From: Candidatus Terraquivivens tengchongensis
GTDB lineage: Archaea > Thermoproteota > Nitrososphaeria_A > Caldarchaeales > Wolframiiraptoraceae
Length of the DNA stretch: 64,000 bases
Direction of reading: 5' to 3'
Assembly: GCA_023261845.1 (NCBI GenBank)
Contig: JALNJZ010000002.1
Location: forward strand, 160,001-224,000
Each line of letters begins with the position of its first letter. Position 1 is the first letter of the stretch. The notes beneath the pieces are model-generated. The model did not search any database and was not told the origin of the DNA. It was given only the letters and a program-made list of their open reading frames with translations. The position numbers and the translations under genes were made by a program. Positions 19,137 through 28,551 of the stretch are shown piece after piece.

Positions 19137-20549
19137 TTAGGACATGCTACTAAGGAACTCGCCTATCCTCTTTACGCCCTCTAGCAGGACTTCTTTTGGT
19201 TGTCCAAGTGATATCCTAAAGTAGTTGAAATAGTTGCCAAACGCGCCACCAGGTGCTACGCTCACGTTCTTATTCTCTAGGAGCTTCACGGCAAATTCCG
19301 AGCCATCAACACCTTTTACGTCAATCCTCGGGAAAACGTACATGGCACCATCCGGTTTATAGAACGTTAGGGGTAAGGGCTTAAGAGCCTTACACACAGC
19401 TTCAGCCCTATCTTTCATCACCTCTGAGTTCTTCTTTGCCTCATCCAAACACTTCAACGCCTCGATGGCGGCATACTGTATGAACTCTGGGATACAAGTT
19501 ATTAGTGTGGACTGTATTGTGGCCATCTTGTTCGTTCTATCGAGGTCTGAGATGGTGAACCCAACCCTAAAGCCGGTCATGCCCCAGCTCTTGGAGAAGG
19601 ACGATATCAGGACGTAATTCACGTCAGGATAGTTAAGGACCGTGTTGTGCTCCGAGCCTGTAAAATTGTAGTCCGCATAAACCTCATCACTTATCAACGT
19701 CAGCTTCCTGTCTTGTGCTATCTCTACTATTCCCTTGAACGTCTTTTTGTCTAAAGCCTTGCCGGTTGGGTTGCACGGATAGTTCAGGATTATGGCCTTC
19801 GTGGCCGCGCTTATCTTTTCGTTAAGCTTATCAAGATCTGGCTCCCAACCATCCTCTAACCGTGTCTCCAACACGATTGGCCTCCCACCCACGTACCTGA
19901 CGCAAGGCTTGTAGATTGGCCATGATGGGTCGATAACTATAACCTCATCACCAGGCGATACTGTTGATGCAAGGGCTAAGTATACGCCGAATGCGCCGCC
20001 CACCGTGGCTATCACTTGGTCCGCCCTGGCATCTGCGCCGTACCTCATCTTCACGTAATCGGCGATTGCCTGTCTTAATTCCTGCTTTCCTTTCGGTTCC
20101 GTGTACCTTGACCTCCCTGCCTTCATCTCTTGGTATGCCCTTTCCACAACGGTGTTTGGTGCCCTGAAGTCAGGCTCACCTACGTCCATCCTGATGACCT
20201 TTACACCTTGCCTCTCGAGGGCCTCCGCCATCCTAGCTATGTCCCTATGCGTAAGGACTTTCCTTTCTGGTGGTTTTGGTTGAACCTTGGTGCACTCTTC
20301 GATGAGTAGCGTTGTTAGCTTTTGTGCAAAATCCTTTTCTATGCCGAGGTTCAGGGCCTCCTTGGTGATAGCTTCTCTTAACGCCCTCTCGATACTCGGA
20401 TCCTCAATGCTTAGACCCTTTGCTTGCTTCAGCTTGCCTACCTCAACACAAAGGGACTGCCGCCTTGCGATGAGCCTGAGAATTTCTTTAGTAACCTCCA
20501 AAACTTCACTCCTTAACTTATCAAGCTCGCTCTCTTTCGCACAGGACAT
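19137..20549 (-). CDS. Chorismate mutase (AroQ) - class I/II aminotransferase fusion
   Basis: N-terminal LDKLR...R...VGKLK...DPSIE...Q; then GEPDF, NYPCNPTG, SDEVY, SFSKSWGMTGFRVG. Confidence 0.9.
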   Translation of the reverse strand: MSCAKESELDKLRSEVLEVTKEILRLIARRQSLCVEVGKLKQAKGLSIEDPSIERALREAITKEALNLGIEKDFAQKLTTLLIEECTKVQPKPPERKVLTHRDIARMAEALERQGVKVIRMDVGEPDFRAPNTVVERAYQEMKAGRSRYTEPKGKQELRQAIADYVKMRYGADARADQVIATVGGAFGVYLALASTVSPGDEVIVIDPSWPIYKPCVRYVGGRPIVLETRLEDGWEPDLDKLNEKISAATKAIILNYPCNPTGKALDKKTFKGIVEIAQDRKLTLISDEVYADYNFTGSEHNTVLNYPDVNYVLISSFSKSWGMTGFRVGFTISDLDRTNKMATIQSTLITCIPEFIQYAAIEALKCLDEAKKNSEVMKDRAEAVCKALKPLPLTFYKPDGAMYVFPRIDVKGVDGSEFAVKLLENKNVSVAPGGAFGNYFNYFRISLGQPKEVLLEGVKRIGEFLSSMS

Positions 20550-20740
20550 TTTACTTCATGAATAACGGCTAACTCATGTATTTAAACAATAAGCTTAAAT
20601 TAACTGAGTTGCTTTCACGTGCGTATTATGAATATTAAACTTTTCTATGAGCGAGCTAAGGAAGCATCTCACCACATTTGAGCAATTGACGCTGGAATGT
20701 CTAACACGAACTCCCTACGCTTAAGTGTTGTCTTCTATGC

Positions 20741-22888
20741 TCAATGTGATTGTGAAGCGTTCAGTGCTTTCAAAACCACCTTTACATCGGCGGCAAGGAC
20801 TGGGGGGTTATAGTCGCCAACGCCGTAAACGAATAGCGGGTTTATATCGACGTCTTCTATCTCTGGGAAATCTTCGGCAAGCTTTGCGATTCTAATGATT
20901 ATCTCCTTAACCTTTTCCTTATCCGAAGGCTTCTCGCCCCTTATGCCCTCGATGAGTTTTGAAGCTTTAGTCTCGTTTATCATCTCTTCTGCATCTTCCT
21001 TTGTTAGCGGCGTGACCCTGAAGGCCACATCTTTGTAAAGCTCTATAAGGGTACCGCCGCTTCCGAACATTATCAATGGACCGAAGGTAGGGTCTCTATG
21101 CATACCTATGGCTGTTTCTCTTCCTTGGGGAACCATCTTCCTAACTATTATTCCTCTTATCTCAGCGTTTGGTGCTTTCTCCTTCACGTTCTTCATGATC
21201 TTTTCGTATGCCTGCCTTACCTCATCTTGGCTCTTAATGTTGAGTATTATTCCTCCGACATCGACCTTGTGGAGTATGTTTGGAGACTCCACCTCTAAGA
21301 CTACGGGGTATCCGACACTATTAGCCGCTTTTACAGCATCTTCTACAGTATTCACTCTAACCTTATCAACTACAGGAATTCCGTACGATTTTGCGACCTC
21401 AGCCGCCTCAGAGGGTAGGAGTATGTTTCTTTTCTCCTCTATTGCTGCCTTTATTATTTTCTCTGCCCTGCTCTTATCTACCTTAATCTCTTTCATGTCC
21501 TCTTCTTTGTTTTTCTCCAAGAACCTGCGATACTTTAGTAGTTGACCTATGGCAGAAACTGCCTTCTCAGGTGTATCGTATGCTGGTATGCCGTTCGAAA
21601 TGAGCATCCTCATAGCATCCTCGCATTCTTTCCCTCCAATGAAGCATACGGTTATCGGCTTTTCTTTGCCCACAGAACTCTTCGCCCTTATGATAGCGTT
21701 TGCTACATCCGCCGGGTCGGTTTGTGCTGTGTGACAGTATAATATTATAACGTTGTTGACCCTATCATCTTCTAGAAGTGTTTTTAGTGCTCCTTCGTAA
21801 TCGCTCGGAGATGCCATTCCAGTTAGGTCGACTGGGTTGTATACGCTACCAAAAGGAGGCATGAACTTCCTAAGCTTCTCTGCTAGGTCATTCGGAATAT
21901 CCATGAGCTTTACTTTAAATTCTTCTGCCGCATCTGTTGCCATAACGCCAGCTCCGCCTCCGTTTGTTAATATTACAGAATTTTCGCCACGGGGTAGTGG
22001 AAGCAAATTAAACGCCACAGCCCAGTCGAAAAGCTCGATTATTGTAGGTGCCCTTATTATCCCCGCTTGTTTAAAAGCTACCTCATAAGCTATGTCTGAA
22101 CCAGCTAAGGAACCAGTGTGAGACCTTATTGCCTGTGAAGTTCTTTCTGATTTTCCTGGCTTTAGCACTATTATCGGCTTCTTTTTGCTCACTTTCTTAG
22201 AAACTTCCAGGAACTTTCTTCCATCTTCCACTCCTTCTAAGTATAGGGTTATAACCTTTGTATATTCATCGTCCCCAAAGTATTCTATAAAGTCAACTTC
22301 GTTTAGGTCTGCTTTATTACCCATGCTGACTAAGTCGGACAGTCCAATTTGCTTTAATGAAGTCCAGCCAGCTAAACCTATTGCCAGAGCTCCGCTTTGG
22401 CTAATGAATGCGATGTTCCCTTCCTTAGGCAATTGCTGTATAAAGCTTGCGTTTACCTTCTTTACGGTATCTGCTACCCCAATTATGTTCGGCCCTAAAA
22501 TCCTTGCACTCCCTTTCCTTGCAATTTCAACAAGTTCTAATTCTTCTTTCACATTGCCTATTTCTTTAAAGCCTGCAGAAATTATGGCGATTGCTTTAAC
22601 GCCTTTTTCTACGCACTCTCTGAGTACCTGCGGCACTGCTTTTGCTGGAACGGCTATGACCGCTAGGTCAACGTTGTGTGGAACATCTTTGATGGACTTG
22701 TAGCACTTTAAGCCTAAAATTTCGTCCGCGTTTGGATTTATAGGGAAAACTTTTTCTCTTGAAGGAGAAAATCTCAAGAGGTTCTTTACTATAGCATGAC
22801 CGATTTTATTGGGTTCTCTCGCCGCTCCTATGACGGCTATGCTGTCTGGTCTAAGAAGTTTAGTTATAACTTCACTCTGCTCGCTCAT
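20741..22888 (-). CDS. ADP-forming acyl-CoA synthetase (fused alpha-beta), paralog 1
   Basis: ILGPN, SQSGA, SHTGSLAG, TNGGG, NPVD, HKVDVGG, DINP. Confidence 0.93.
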   Translation of the reverse strand: MSEQSEVITKLLRPDSIAVIGAAREPNKIGHAIVKNLLRFSPSREKVFPINPNADEILGLKCYKSIKDVPHNVDLAVIAVPAKAVPQVLRECVEKGVKAIAIISAGFKEIGNVKEELELVEIARKGSARILGPNIIGVADTVKKVNASFIQQLPKEGNIAFISQSGALAIGLAGWTSLKQIGLSDLVSMGNKADLNEVDFIEYFGDDEYTKVITLYLEGVEDGRKFLEVSKKVSKKKPIIVLKPGKSERTSQAIRSHTGSLAGSDIAYEVAFKQAGIIRAPTIIELFDWAVAFNLLPLPRGENSVILTNGGGAGVMATDAAEEFKVKLMDIPNDLAEKLRKFMPPFGSVYNPVDLTGMASPSDYEGALKTLLEDDRVNNVIILYCHTAQTDPADVANAIIRAKSSVGKEKPITVCFIGGKECEDAMRMLISNGIPAYDTPEKAVSAIGQLLKYRRFLEKNKEEDMKEIKVDKSRAEKIIKAAIEEKRNILLPSEAAEVAKSYGIPVVDKVRVNTVEDAVKAANSVGYPVVLEVESPNILHKVDVGGIILNIKSQDEVRQAYEKIMKNVKEKAPNAEIRGIIVRKMVPQGRETAIGMHRDPTFGPLIMFGSGGTLIELYKDVAFRVTPLTKEDAEEMINETKASKLIEGIRGEKPSDKEKVKEIIIRIAKLAEDFPEIEDVDINPLFVYGVGDYNPPVLAADVKVVLKALNASQSH

Positions 22889-23073
22889 TTTTCTTTTCCC
22901 GGGGGATTCTCTGATAAAGGCTTTATTTTAGGACTACTGTGGTATTAATGAGTTAAATATAAGTGTTTCATTTTTCCCGCAAATATGAAGGTTTATAGAA
23001 ACATCTGTACAAAATTTATGCGTACCCATCTTTCGGCGCACTTAACATAAAAATTTGATAAACATTATTAAAT

Positions 23074-23718
23074 ATGCGCTCCGAAATCAACATGGTGCGC
23101 TTGGGAAATACATCGTTGTTGGGAAGAAAAGGAAGGAAAATCTTCGAAGAAGCAACGGGTAAACTCATTGGCTACATGGCCAGACATGATGTAAGTCCTA
23201 CCGCATTGAGCTTTTTCGGACTCGCCTTAGCCATCGTATCAGCCGTTCTTTACGTTTTAGCTGCCAACGTACGCGAGTTTATAATCTTGGCAGCCGTCGT
23301 TTTATTAATATCTGGGTTCTTCGACGCAATAGACGGTGCAGTCGCAAGAGCCTCGGGCAAAGTTACCGCCTTTGGCGCGTTCACGGACTCCATGTTTGAC
23401 AGGATAGGAGATGCAGCACTAATCATCGCGATAACCCTTGCAGGTTTTTTGAACGTCCTGTTAGGCATGCTCCTGCTGTTATCTTCATACTTGGTAAGCT
23501 ACTCGAGGGCAAGGGCGGAGGGCCTCGGCATCGAGATGAAAGGTGTAGGACTCTTTGAGAGGGCTGAGAGAATTCTTGTGATCTTTGCAGCATCTATAAT
23601 TGAATACTTCTTTCCCCGCACCATGATGCTAGTCTCTGCCGTGCTGATAGTGATAAATGTCTTGGTAATCATCCAAAGAGTTTTACACGTGAGGTCTAAG
23701 TTGAAAGAAAAATGCTGA
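23074..23718 (+). CDS. pgsA: CDP-alcohol phosphatidyltransferase (archaetidylinositol-phosphate synthase-like)
   Basis: DAIDGAVAR...FGAFTDSMFDR; VSYSRARAE...ERAER; true start may be downstream. Confidence 0.9.
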   Translation: MRSEINMVRLGNTSLLGRKGRKIFEEATGKLIGYMARHDVSPTALSFFGLALAIVSAVLYVLAANVREFIILAAVVLLISGFFDAIDGAVARASGKVTAFGAFTDSMFDRIGDAALIIAITLAGFLNVLLGMLLLLSSYLVSYSRARAEGLGIEMKGVGLFERAERILVIFAASIIEYFFPRTMMLVSAVLIVINVLVIIQRVLHVRSKLKEKC

Positions 23719-23719
23719 G

Positions 23720-24052
23720 CTAAACGGGAACGAATGTTATTTTACCATCCTTAAATTGCAACTCGTAAATGTAGTTTACCTCGAGCTTCACGTTGAGCAT
23801 TTCGTACTCTTCCTCCGTAAGGAAGAGCGTCATCTTCGGTATAATGAGCTCCCTCGCATGAGGTAGCAAGCCCATAGATTGCATCTGAAGGAATACGCCC
23901 TGCATCAACCTTTGTAGCATTAAAGTCTCCTCAGCAAGCACGCCGGTCCTTTCACTTTGTCGTCTGACCTCGACCAACTCTATTATTCTCCCAGGCCTAC
24001 CCGTCTCTGGATCGTTGGTGCTGGAAATCCTGTAAACCTTTACCAGAACCAT
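23720..24052 (-). CDS. Arcadin-1 family protein
   Basis: 110 aa pattern V-K-V...DP-x-G...IELVE...QSMG...PK-x-TLFLTEEEYE-x-L-x-V-x-LEVN-x2-YEL-x-F-x-DG-x-I, recognised from memory as arcadin-1. Confidence 0.75.
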   Translation of the reverse strand: MVLVKVYRISSTNDPETGRPGRIIELVEVRRQSERTGVLAEETLMLQRLMQGVFLQMQSMGLLPHARELIIPKMTLFLTEEEYEMLNVKLEVNYIYELQFKDGKITFVPV

Positions 24053-24104
24053 TTGGCAATAAGATGAAGACAGAAGTATATTAGTTTGTCGAGAATGTAT
24101 GCTG

Positions 24105-26195
24105 CTATGCGATATCCCTCTTCAGTAGTATCTTCACGTCAAAGGCCATACAACCACTTTCGTAGACGAATAGTGGGTTTATGTCAACATCGCTTATAAC
24201 ATCAAAGTCCAGCGCCAACTGGTTCACCGCTGCCAATACGTTCTTCACGGAGTCCACATCCTTCCGAGGGCCCCTAAAACCTTTCAATACCTGATAGACC
24301 TTCGTCTCACTCATCATCTCATCCACGTCAACATCAGTTAGTGGTGCGACCCTGAAGGACACGTCTTTGTAAAGCTCTACCAGAACACCTCCAGAGCCGA
24401 ACATAACGAGCGGTCCAAAAACTTCGTCTCTATGCATCCCCACAGCAACTTGTACACCTTCTTTAACGAACGACCTAACTACGACACCTTCTATCCTAGC
24501 GCCCGGACACCTTTCCACAACGGACTTGATAATTTCATGATAGGCATGCTCCAGCTCTTTACTGTTTTTTATATTGAGCTTTATCGCTCCTATGTCAGTT
24601 TTGTGGAGTACATCTGGGGATTCGACTTCAAGGACAATGGGGTATCCTATACTGTCCGCAAACCCAATAGCCTCTTCCAAGCTTTTTGCGACATTCTTCT
24701 TCGGTGCGGGTATACCATAGAGTCTTGCAACCTCGCACGACTCGGATTGTGTTAAGTTCCTCCCTTCTTTAATGGCTCTTGCTATAATTTCGTGTGCCCT
24801 GTCCTTTTCTCTCTTAACCTCAAGATGCTTGCCCGCCGGTCTGCTCTTATAATAAACGTACTTGTACTTCGTTGCGATAGCTGCTGCCGCCCTTTCTGGT
24901 GTATCAAAGGTAGGTACGCCGTTTTTTATGAGAAACCTTGTAGCATCATCACACTCCTTACCACCTATAAATGCGGAAACAATTGGCTTGTTTTTTCCCA
25001 CTTCACTTACGCAGCTTGCTATCGCCTTGGCAACATTCATGGGGTCAAGTGTGGCTGGATGTGAAAAAAGTGTTATAACTACATGAACTCTTTCATCTCT
25101 CAGTAAGACCGAAAGGGCTCCATAGTATTCTTTCTCCGTGGCCATTCCCGTCAGGTCTATCGGGTTGAGGACCGAGCCGAAACTTGGCATCCACTCTCTA
25201 AGAGCCAAAGCCAAATCATCGGGGATTTCCATCAAATGGAGCCCCAAATCCTCACAAGCATCAGCGCACATTATGCCTACACCGCCACCATTCGTCACTA
25301 TTACAACATTCTCACCCTTTGGGTCTGGTAGCATCGCCAAAGACAATGCGTAGTCAAAAAGCGTTCGTATATCGCTCGCCCTTATGATGCCACACTGCTT
25401 GAACGCTGCATCATAAGCGACGTCTAAGCCTGCTAGCGAGCCGGTATGCGATCTTACAGCCTCAGCCGCCTTTTTTCCCTTCCCCGCCTTCAGAATGATT
25501 ATGGGTTTTTTTCTACAAACTCTCTCGGCAACTTCCATGAACTTTTTCCCATCCTCAACACCCTCCATGTAGAGCGTTATGGCCTTCGTGTGAGGGTCTT
25601 TAGAGAAGAACTCAATAAGCTCACACTCATCTATATCTGCTCTATTCCCCAGGCTTATGATATCTAAAAGACCGATGCCCTTCACTTTAGTCCAAGTTAG
25701 TAGACCTGCCGCTAGGGCACCGCTCTGGGATATCATTACAATCTCTCCCTTCTCTGGAAGATAAGGCAGAAAGCTTGCATTCAAGTTAACTACCGTATCT
25801 ATCAAGCCCACTATGTTAGGTCCTAGAACCCTCACACCGCCTTTTTTTGCAATCTCTACTATCCTCTTCTCAGCCTCAACATTCCCAACCTCTCTAAAGC
25901 CAGATGATATGATGGCCGCAAACTTTACGCCCTTCTCGACACAATCCTCAATAATCTTTGGAACGATGTTAGCAGGTACAGCAATCACCGCCAAGTCGAG
26001 TTCAGATGGTACTTCTTTCAGGTTCGCGTAACACTTGAGACCAAGTATCTCTTCAACATTCGGGTTTATTGGAAAGACCCGCTCCTTCGGAAAACCGTTA
26101 TCAATTATGTTTTTAAGTATCACATGGCCGATCTTAGTTGGCTCTCTCGAGGCACCAACGATGGCCACGGTGCGGGGCCTTACGAGGTACTCCAA
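24105..26195 (-). CDS. ADP-forming acyl-CoA synthetase (fused alpha-beta), paralog 2
   Basis: VLGPN, SQSGA, SHTGSLAG, TNGGG, NPID, HKTDIGA, DINP. Confidence 0.93.
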   Translation of the reverse strand: MEYLVRPRTVAIVGASREPTKIGHVILKNIIDNGFPKERVFPINPNVEEILGLKCYANLKEVPSELDLAVIAVPANIVPKIIEDCVEKGVKFAAIISSGFREVGNVEAEKRIVEIAKKGGVRVLGPNIVGLIDTVVNLNASFLPYLPEKGEIVMISQSGALAAGLLTWTKVKGIGLLDIISLGNRADIDECELIEFFSKDPHTKAITLYMEGVEDGKKFMEVAERVCRKKPIIILKAGKGKKAAEAVRSHTGSLAGLDVAYDAAFKQCGIIRASDIRTLFDYALSLAMLPDPKGENVVIVTNGGGVGIMCADACEDLGLHLMEIPDDLALALREWMPSFGSVLNPIDLTGMATEKEYYGALSVLLRDERVHVVITLFSHPATLDPMNVAKAIASCVSEVGKNKPIVSAFIGGKECDDATRFLIKNGVPTFDTPERAAAAIATKYKYVYYKSRPAGKHLEVKREKDRAHEIIARAIKEGRNLTQSESCEVARLYGIPAPKKNVAKSLEEAIGFADSIGYPIVLEVESPDVLHKTDIGAIKLNIKNSKELEHAYHEIIKSVVERCPGARIEGVVVRSFVKEGVQVAVGMHRDEVFGPLVMFGSGGVLVELYKDVSFRVAPLTDVDVDEMMSETKVYQVLKGFRGPRKDVDSVKNVLAAVNQLALDFDVISDVDINPLFVYESGCMAFDVKILLKRDIA

Positions 26196-26249
26196 TCCTT
26201 TTCACGAAAGTCTGGACGTTTTACGGCTATAAAAACTTCTTAAGGATTT

Positions 26250-26687
26250 TTACTCCTCTCCTCCTCCCGCCTCTTCTTCCAAACTTTCAATGTAACGTCT
26301 ATATTCCTCCGAATCCATTAACTTCTCAAGTTCATTCGGGTCAGAAATCTCTACCTTTACTATCCAACCGTCTTCGTACGGTGAATCGTTTATCAGCTCC
26401 GGTTTATCGATTAGGTTGCTGTTTACCTCAACTATTTTTCCTGTAACTGGAGAATACACTTCCGATACAACCTTCACAGACTCTATCGTACAAAGTGTAT
26501 CTCCCTGCTTAAGCTTCTGGTTGACATTCGGCAACTCGAGGTACATTATATCGCGTAGCTTCTTCTGCGCATAGTCCGTTATGCCGATCATCGCTATTTT
26601 TTTCTTGACTAACTTAATCCACAAGTGGTCCTTGCTGTACATCAAGTCCTCCGGTATTTCAAAACTTTCAGACACGTACGGTTCCAC
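26250..26687 (-). CDS. gcvH: Glycine cleavage system H protein (lipoyl carrier)
   Basis: YSKDHLW, GITDYAQ, IESVK (lipoyl Lys), NDSPYEDGW. Confidence 0.95.
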   Translation of the reverse strand: MEPYVSESFEIPEDLMYSKDHLWIKLVKKKIAMIGITDYAQKKLRDIMYLELPNVNQKLKQGDTLCTIESVKVVSEVYSPVTGKIVEVNSNLIDKPELINDSPYEDGWIVKVEISDPNELEKLMDSEEYRRYIESLEEEAGGGEE

Positions 26688-26733
26688 CTAAAGCGCCCGC
26701 AATAGAATCTTATATTTAAAATTTCCTAAGGCC

Positions 26734-27096
26734 TTACTTTAGCATCTCGCTGAGCCTTTTATACTCGCCCTCCTTATAAAATAGGATCTCGGTCTCAAGC
26801 TTTACCCGCATGCCCAACCTTCTGAATAACTGGAGGAGCGTCCCTCCATCAATCTTATCCTGTAGAGCACCCTTATCCGCCAACTCGACCAGTTTGTTTA
26901 TCACAACCTTTGTCTGTTCAGGGTATTGCTCTAGGGCGGCGTTAAGCACTTCTTCTGCCCTATCGCCAAGGAACGGCCTAAGCTTTTCCATGGGTCCTTC
27001 TGCGGTCTTAGTCTGCTCAACCTTTTGAGCACTCTGCATCAGCTGGCGTAACCTTCTCATCTGTATCCTCTTAAGTTCTAGGTCATCTCCGGACAT
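26734..27096 (-). CDS. PDCD5-like double-stranded DNA-binding protein
   Basis: D-x-EL-x2-I...L-GDRA-x-EVL...QYP...ID-x3-L-x2-L pattern. Confidence 0.75.
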   Translation of the reverse strand: MSGDDLELKRIQMRRLRQLMQSAQKVEQTKTAEGPMEKLRPFLGDRAEEVLNAALEQYPEQTKVVINKLVELADKGALQDKIDGGTLLQLFRRLGMRVKLETEILFYKEGEYKRLSEMLK

Positions 27097-27150
27097 AGCT
27101 AATACAGAAGTGCCATAATCTGCATATAGACTTTTCCGGCATCTAAAGCT

Positions 27151-28494
27151 CTAAGCGACCTTTTTCATGATGCTCTTAAGCGTGGAGATGTTAGTGAGGT
27201 AGCGTAGTCTCACGCCGATACTGTTCAGTCTCTCCGCCGCACCTTCTTCCCTATCGAATACGACGTAATATGCCAATACCTTTCCGCCTAACTCCGACAC
27301 GGCTTTTACACAAGCTTCCGCAGTCTCGCCCGTCGTCGTCAGGTCGTCAACACATATCACCTTATCGCCGTTTTGCACGACCCCCTCGACCCTCCTTCCA
27401 GTTCCGTAGCCCTTCTCTTTGTGTCTAACGTACACCAGCCCCTTGCATAACCTGTCAGCGACTATCGAGGCTATAGGTATGCCAGCAGTTTCTGTCGTGG
27501 CCACTTTATCGGCGTCCACGTTTCCTTCCATGCTTATCCTCACGAGCATGAGTTCAGCTATCTTACTTCTCGGTTCTGGGTGCGAGTAAAGAGCTCTAAT
27601 ATCAACATAGTAGTCGCTCTCCTTTCCGCTCGAAAGTATGAATGGCTTGTCTGGTGAGTAGCGGTAGACACCAGGGGTTCTGATAATTTCCAAGGCGGCA
27701 TTCATGCGTATCCAAGAATCGGTTAAGGTGTCCCTATACTCGGCCGCCACTTTTTTCGGCTCAGGCGAATCAACAACCGACCTGCCAATGTTCACTAGCA
27801 CATTCCAGCCACCATAAATGATTGCCTTCTCCAAGTCGCCGCCCTGCACACCTATGCCAGGGAAGAGGATTATAGGCCCTTCACCAACAACACTCCTTAT
27901 GGTGGCTATATCGTTCGCGGAGGCAGTCTCCGTTGCACTGACGACGAGACCGTCTGCTCCAGAAATTTTTGCATCTTCTGCAAGTATTTCAAAAAGCTTT
28001 TTACCACCCATGTCTAGCTTAAACAACCTTGCCGACTCGGGGTTAGATGGTAGGGTTACAGAAAATACGGCAAGCCCTAGGTCATGAGCCGTCTTGACAA
28101 CTTGACCGAGGTTTCCGAATATTGGGTTTACTGTAAGCCCATCATAGCCCATGTCCTTAACTATACTGATGCCCATGGTAGCCGTACTCGTTATGTCGGA
28201 TAACTTGCAATCGTATATCGTCAGTGTCCCGAGCGACTTGCAAAGCTGTGTAATCTCTTGGTGGTCCTCCATGCTCAAGTGTCTAGTGTAGTTCTCGTTC
28301 ACTTTGAAGGCTATAGCATAGGGCGCCGTCGACTCTACGAGTTGCTCCAACCTCTCTACGTACTCCTTTCTAGATTCTCCCCTCCTCTTCACGTCCAGTG
28401 AAATGCACATTATGCTGCCCTTTTGCCTCCTAAGCTCGGCGTACTTCCTCAAGAACGACATCAGCACACCATCTCTCTGCTCATATGTATGCAA
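27151..28494 (-). CDS. pyrFE: OMP decarboxylase - orotate phosphoribosyltransferase fusion
   Basis: N-terminal DCKLSDI, PSNP, PGIGVQGG, NIGRS; C-terminal LSSGKESDYYVD, K-x-YG, VDDLTTTG; start may be 28461. Confidence 0.9.
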   Translation of the reverse strand: MHTYEQRDGVLMSFLRKYAELRRQKGSIMCISLDVKRRGESRKEYVERLEQLVESTAPYAIAFKVNENYTRHLSMEDHQEITQLCKSLGTLTIYDCKLSDITSTATMGISIVKDMGYDGLTVNPIFGNLGQVVKTAHDLGLAVFSVTLPSNPESARLFKLDMGGKKLFEILAEDAKISGADGLVVSATETASANDIATIRSVVGEGPIILFPGIGVQGGDLEKAIIYGGWNVLVNIGRSVVDSPEPKKVAAEYRDTLTDSWIRMNAALEIIRTPGVYRYSPDKPFILSSGKESDYYVDIRALYSHPEPRSKIAELMLVRISMEGNVDADKVATTETAGIPIASIVADRLCKGLVYVRHKEKGYGTGRRVEGVVQNGDKVICVDDLTTTGETAEACVKAVSELGGKVLAYYVVFDREEGAAERLNSIGVRLRYLTNISTLKSIMKKVA

Positions 28495-28551
28495 GGTCCT
28501 TATATTATCTATGTTGGCATTACGGGACGTTATGTTATCGCAACTTAAGCC

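Noticed and set aside
20647-20724. 25-codon ORF MSELRKHLTTFEQLTLECLTRTPYA
   Set aside because: No motif, SD or other support; compatible with chance.
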